Shown here in pieces: positions 63,926 through 64,000 of a stretch of 64,000 bases of DNA (positions are counted from its first letter, which is position 1; every line of letters starts with the position of its first letter). The translations under genes and the position numbers were made by a program. Under the pieces are notes generated by a model, which saw only the letters and a list, made by a program, of their open reading frames with translations, had not been told where the DNA came from and did not search any database. The stretch is from assembly GCF_006345805.1 (NCBI RefSeq), contig NC_043010.1, positions 60,946,001 through 61,010,000 on the forward strand, in the 5' to 3' direction. Origin of the DNA: Octopus sinensis (lineage: Eukaryota).

Positions 63926-64000
63926 TTTATATATCTTTATTTATATGGAAATAGTAATTCAGGTAAACTTTTAACTGTATCCATCTATACATGTGTATGT

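Overview
AT-rich, repeat-dense eukaryotic DNA. The SINE families, RTE LINE tails, extreme microsatellite density and single-coding-exon C2H2 genes point to a coleoid cephalopod, probably Octopus (inference). There are only two credible protein-coding genes, both C2H2 zinc-finger genes transcribed divergently: a 17-finger gene on the minus strand (18282-20072) and a 3-finger His/Gln-rich gene on the plus strand (47819-49135). Both probably have non-coding first exons near 26.9-27.1 kb and 40.6-40.8 kb. Everything else is transposon debris: three tRNA-derived SINE families, RTE, CR1-like and HERO-like LINE fragments, Tc1 and mariner fossils, hAT, Tigger-like and TTAA MITEs, and Helitrons. Most short ORFs in the ORF track are microsatellite or SINE artefacts. 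The most notable non-coding signal is a set of hammerhead ribozyme (HHR) motifs from several unrelated Penelope-like or retrozyme families. These include a ~352-bp head-to-tail dimer with one HHR per unit (33787-34470, a candidate circRNA-forming retrozyme), an intact minimal HHR at 28393-28435, and inverted Penelope-type ends, one carrying a tRNA-like Pol III head. All structures were read by eye; no searches or folding programs were run.
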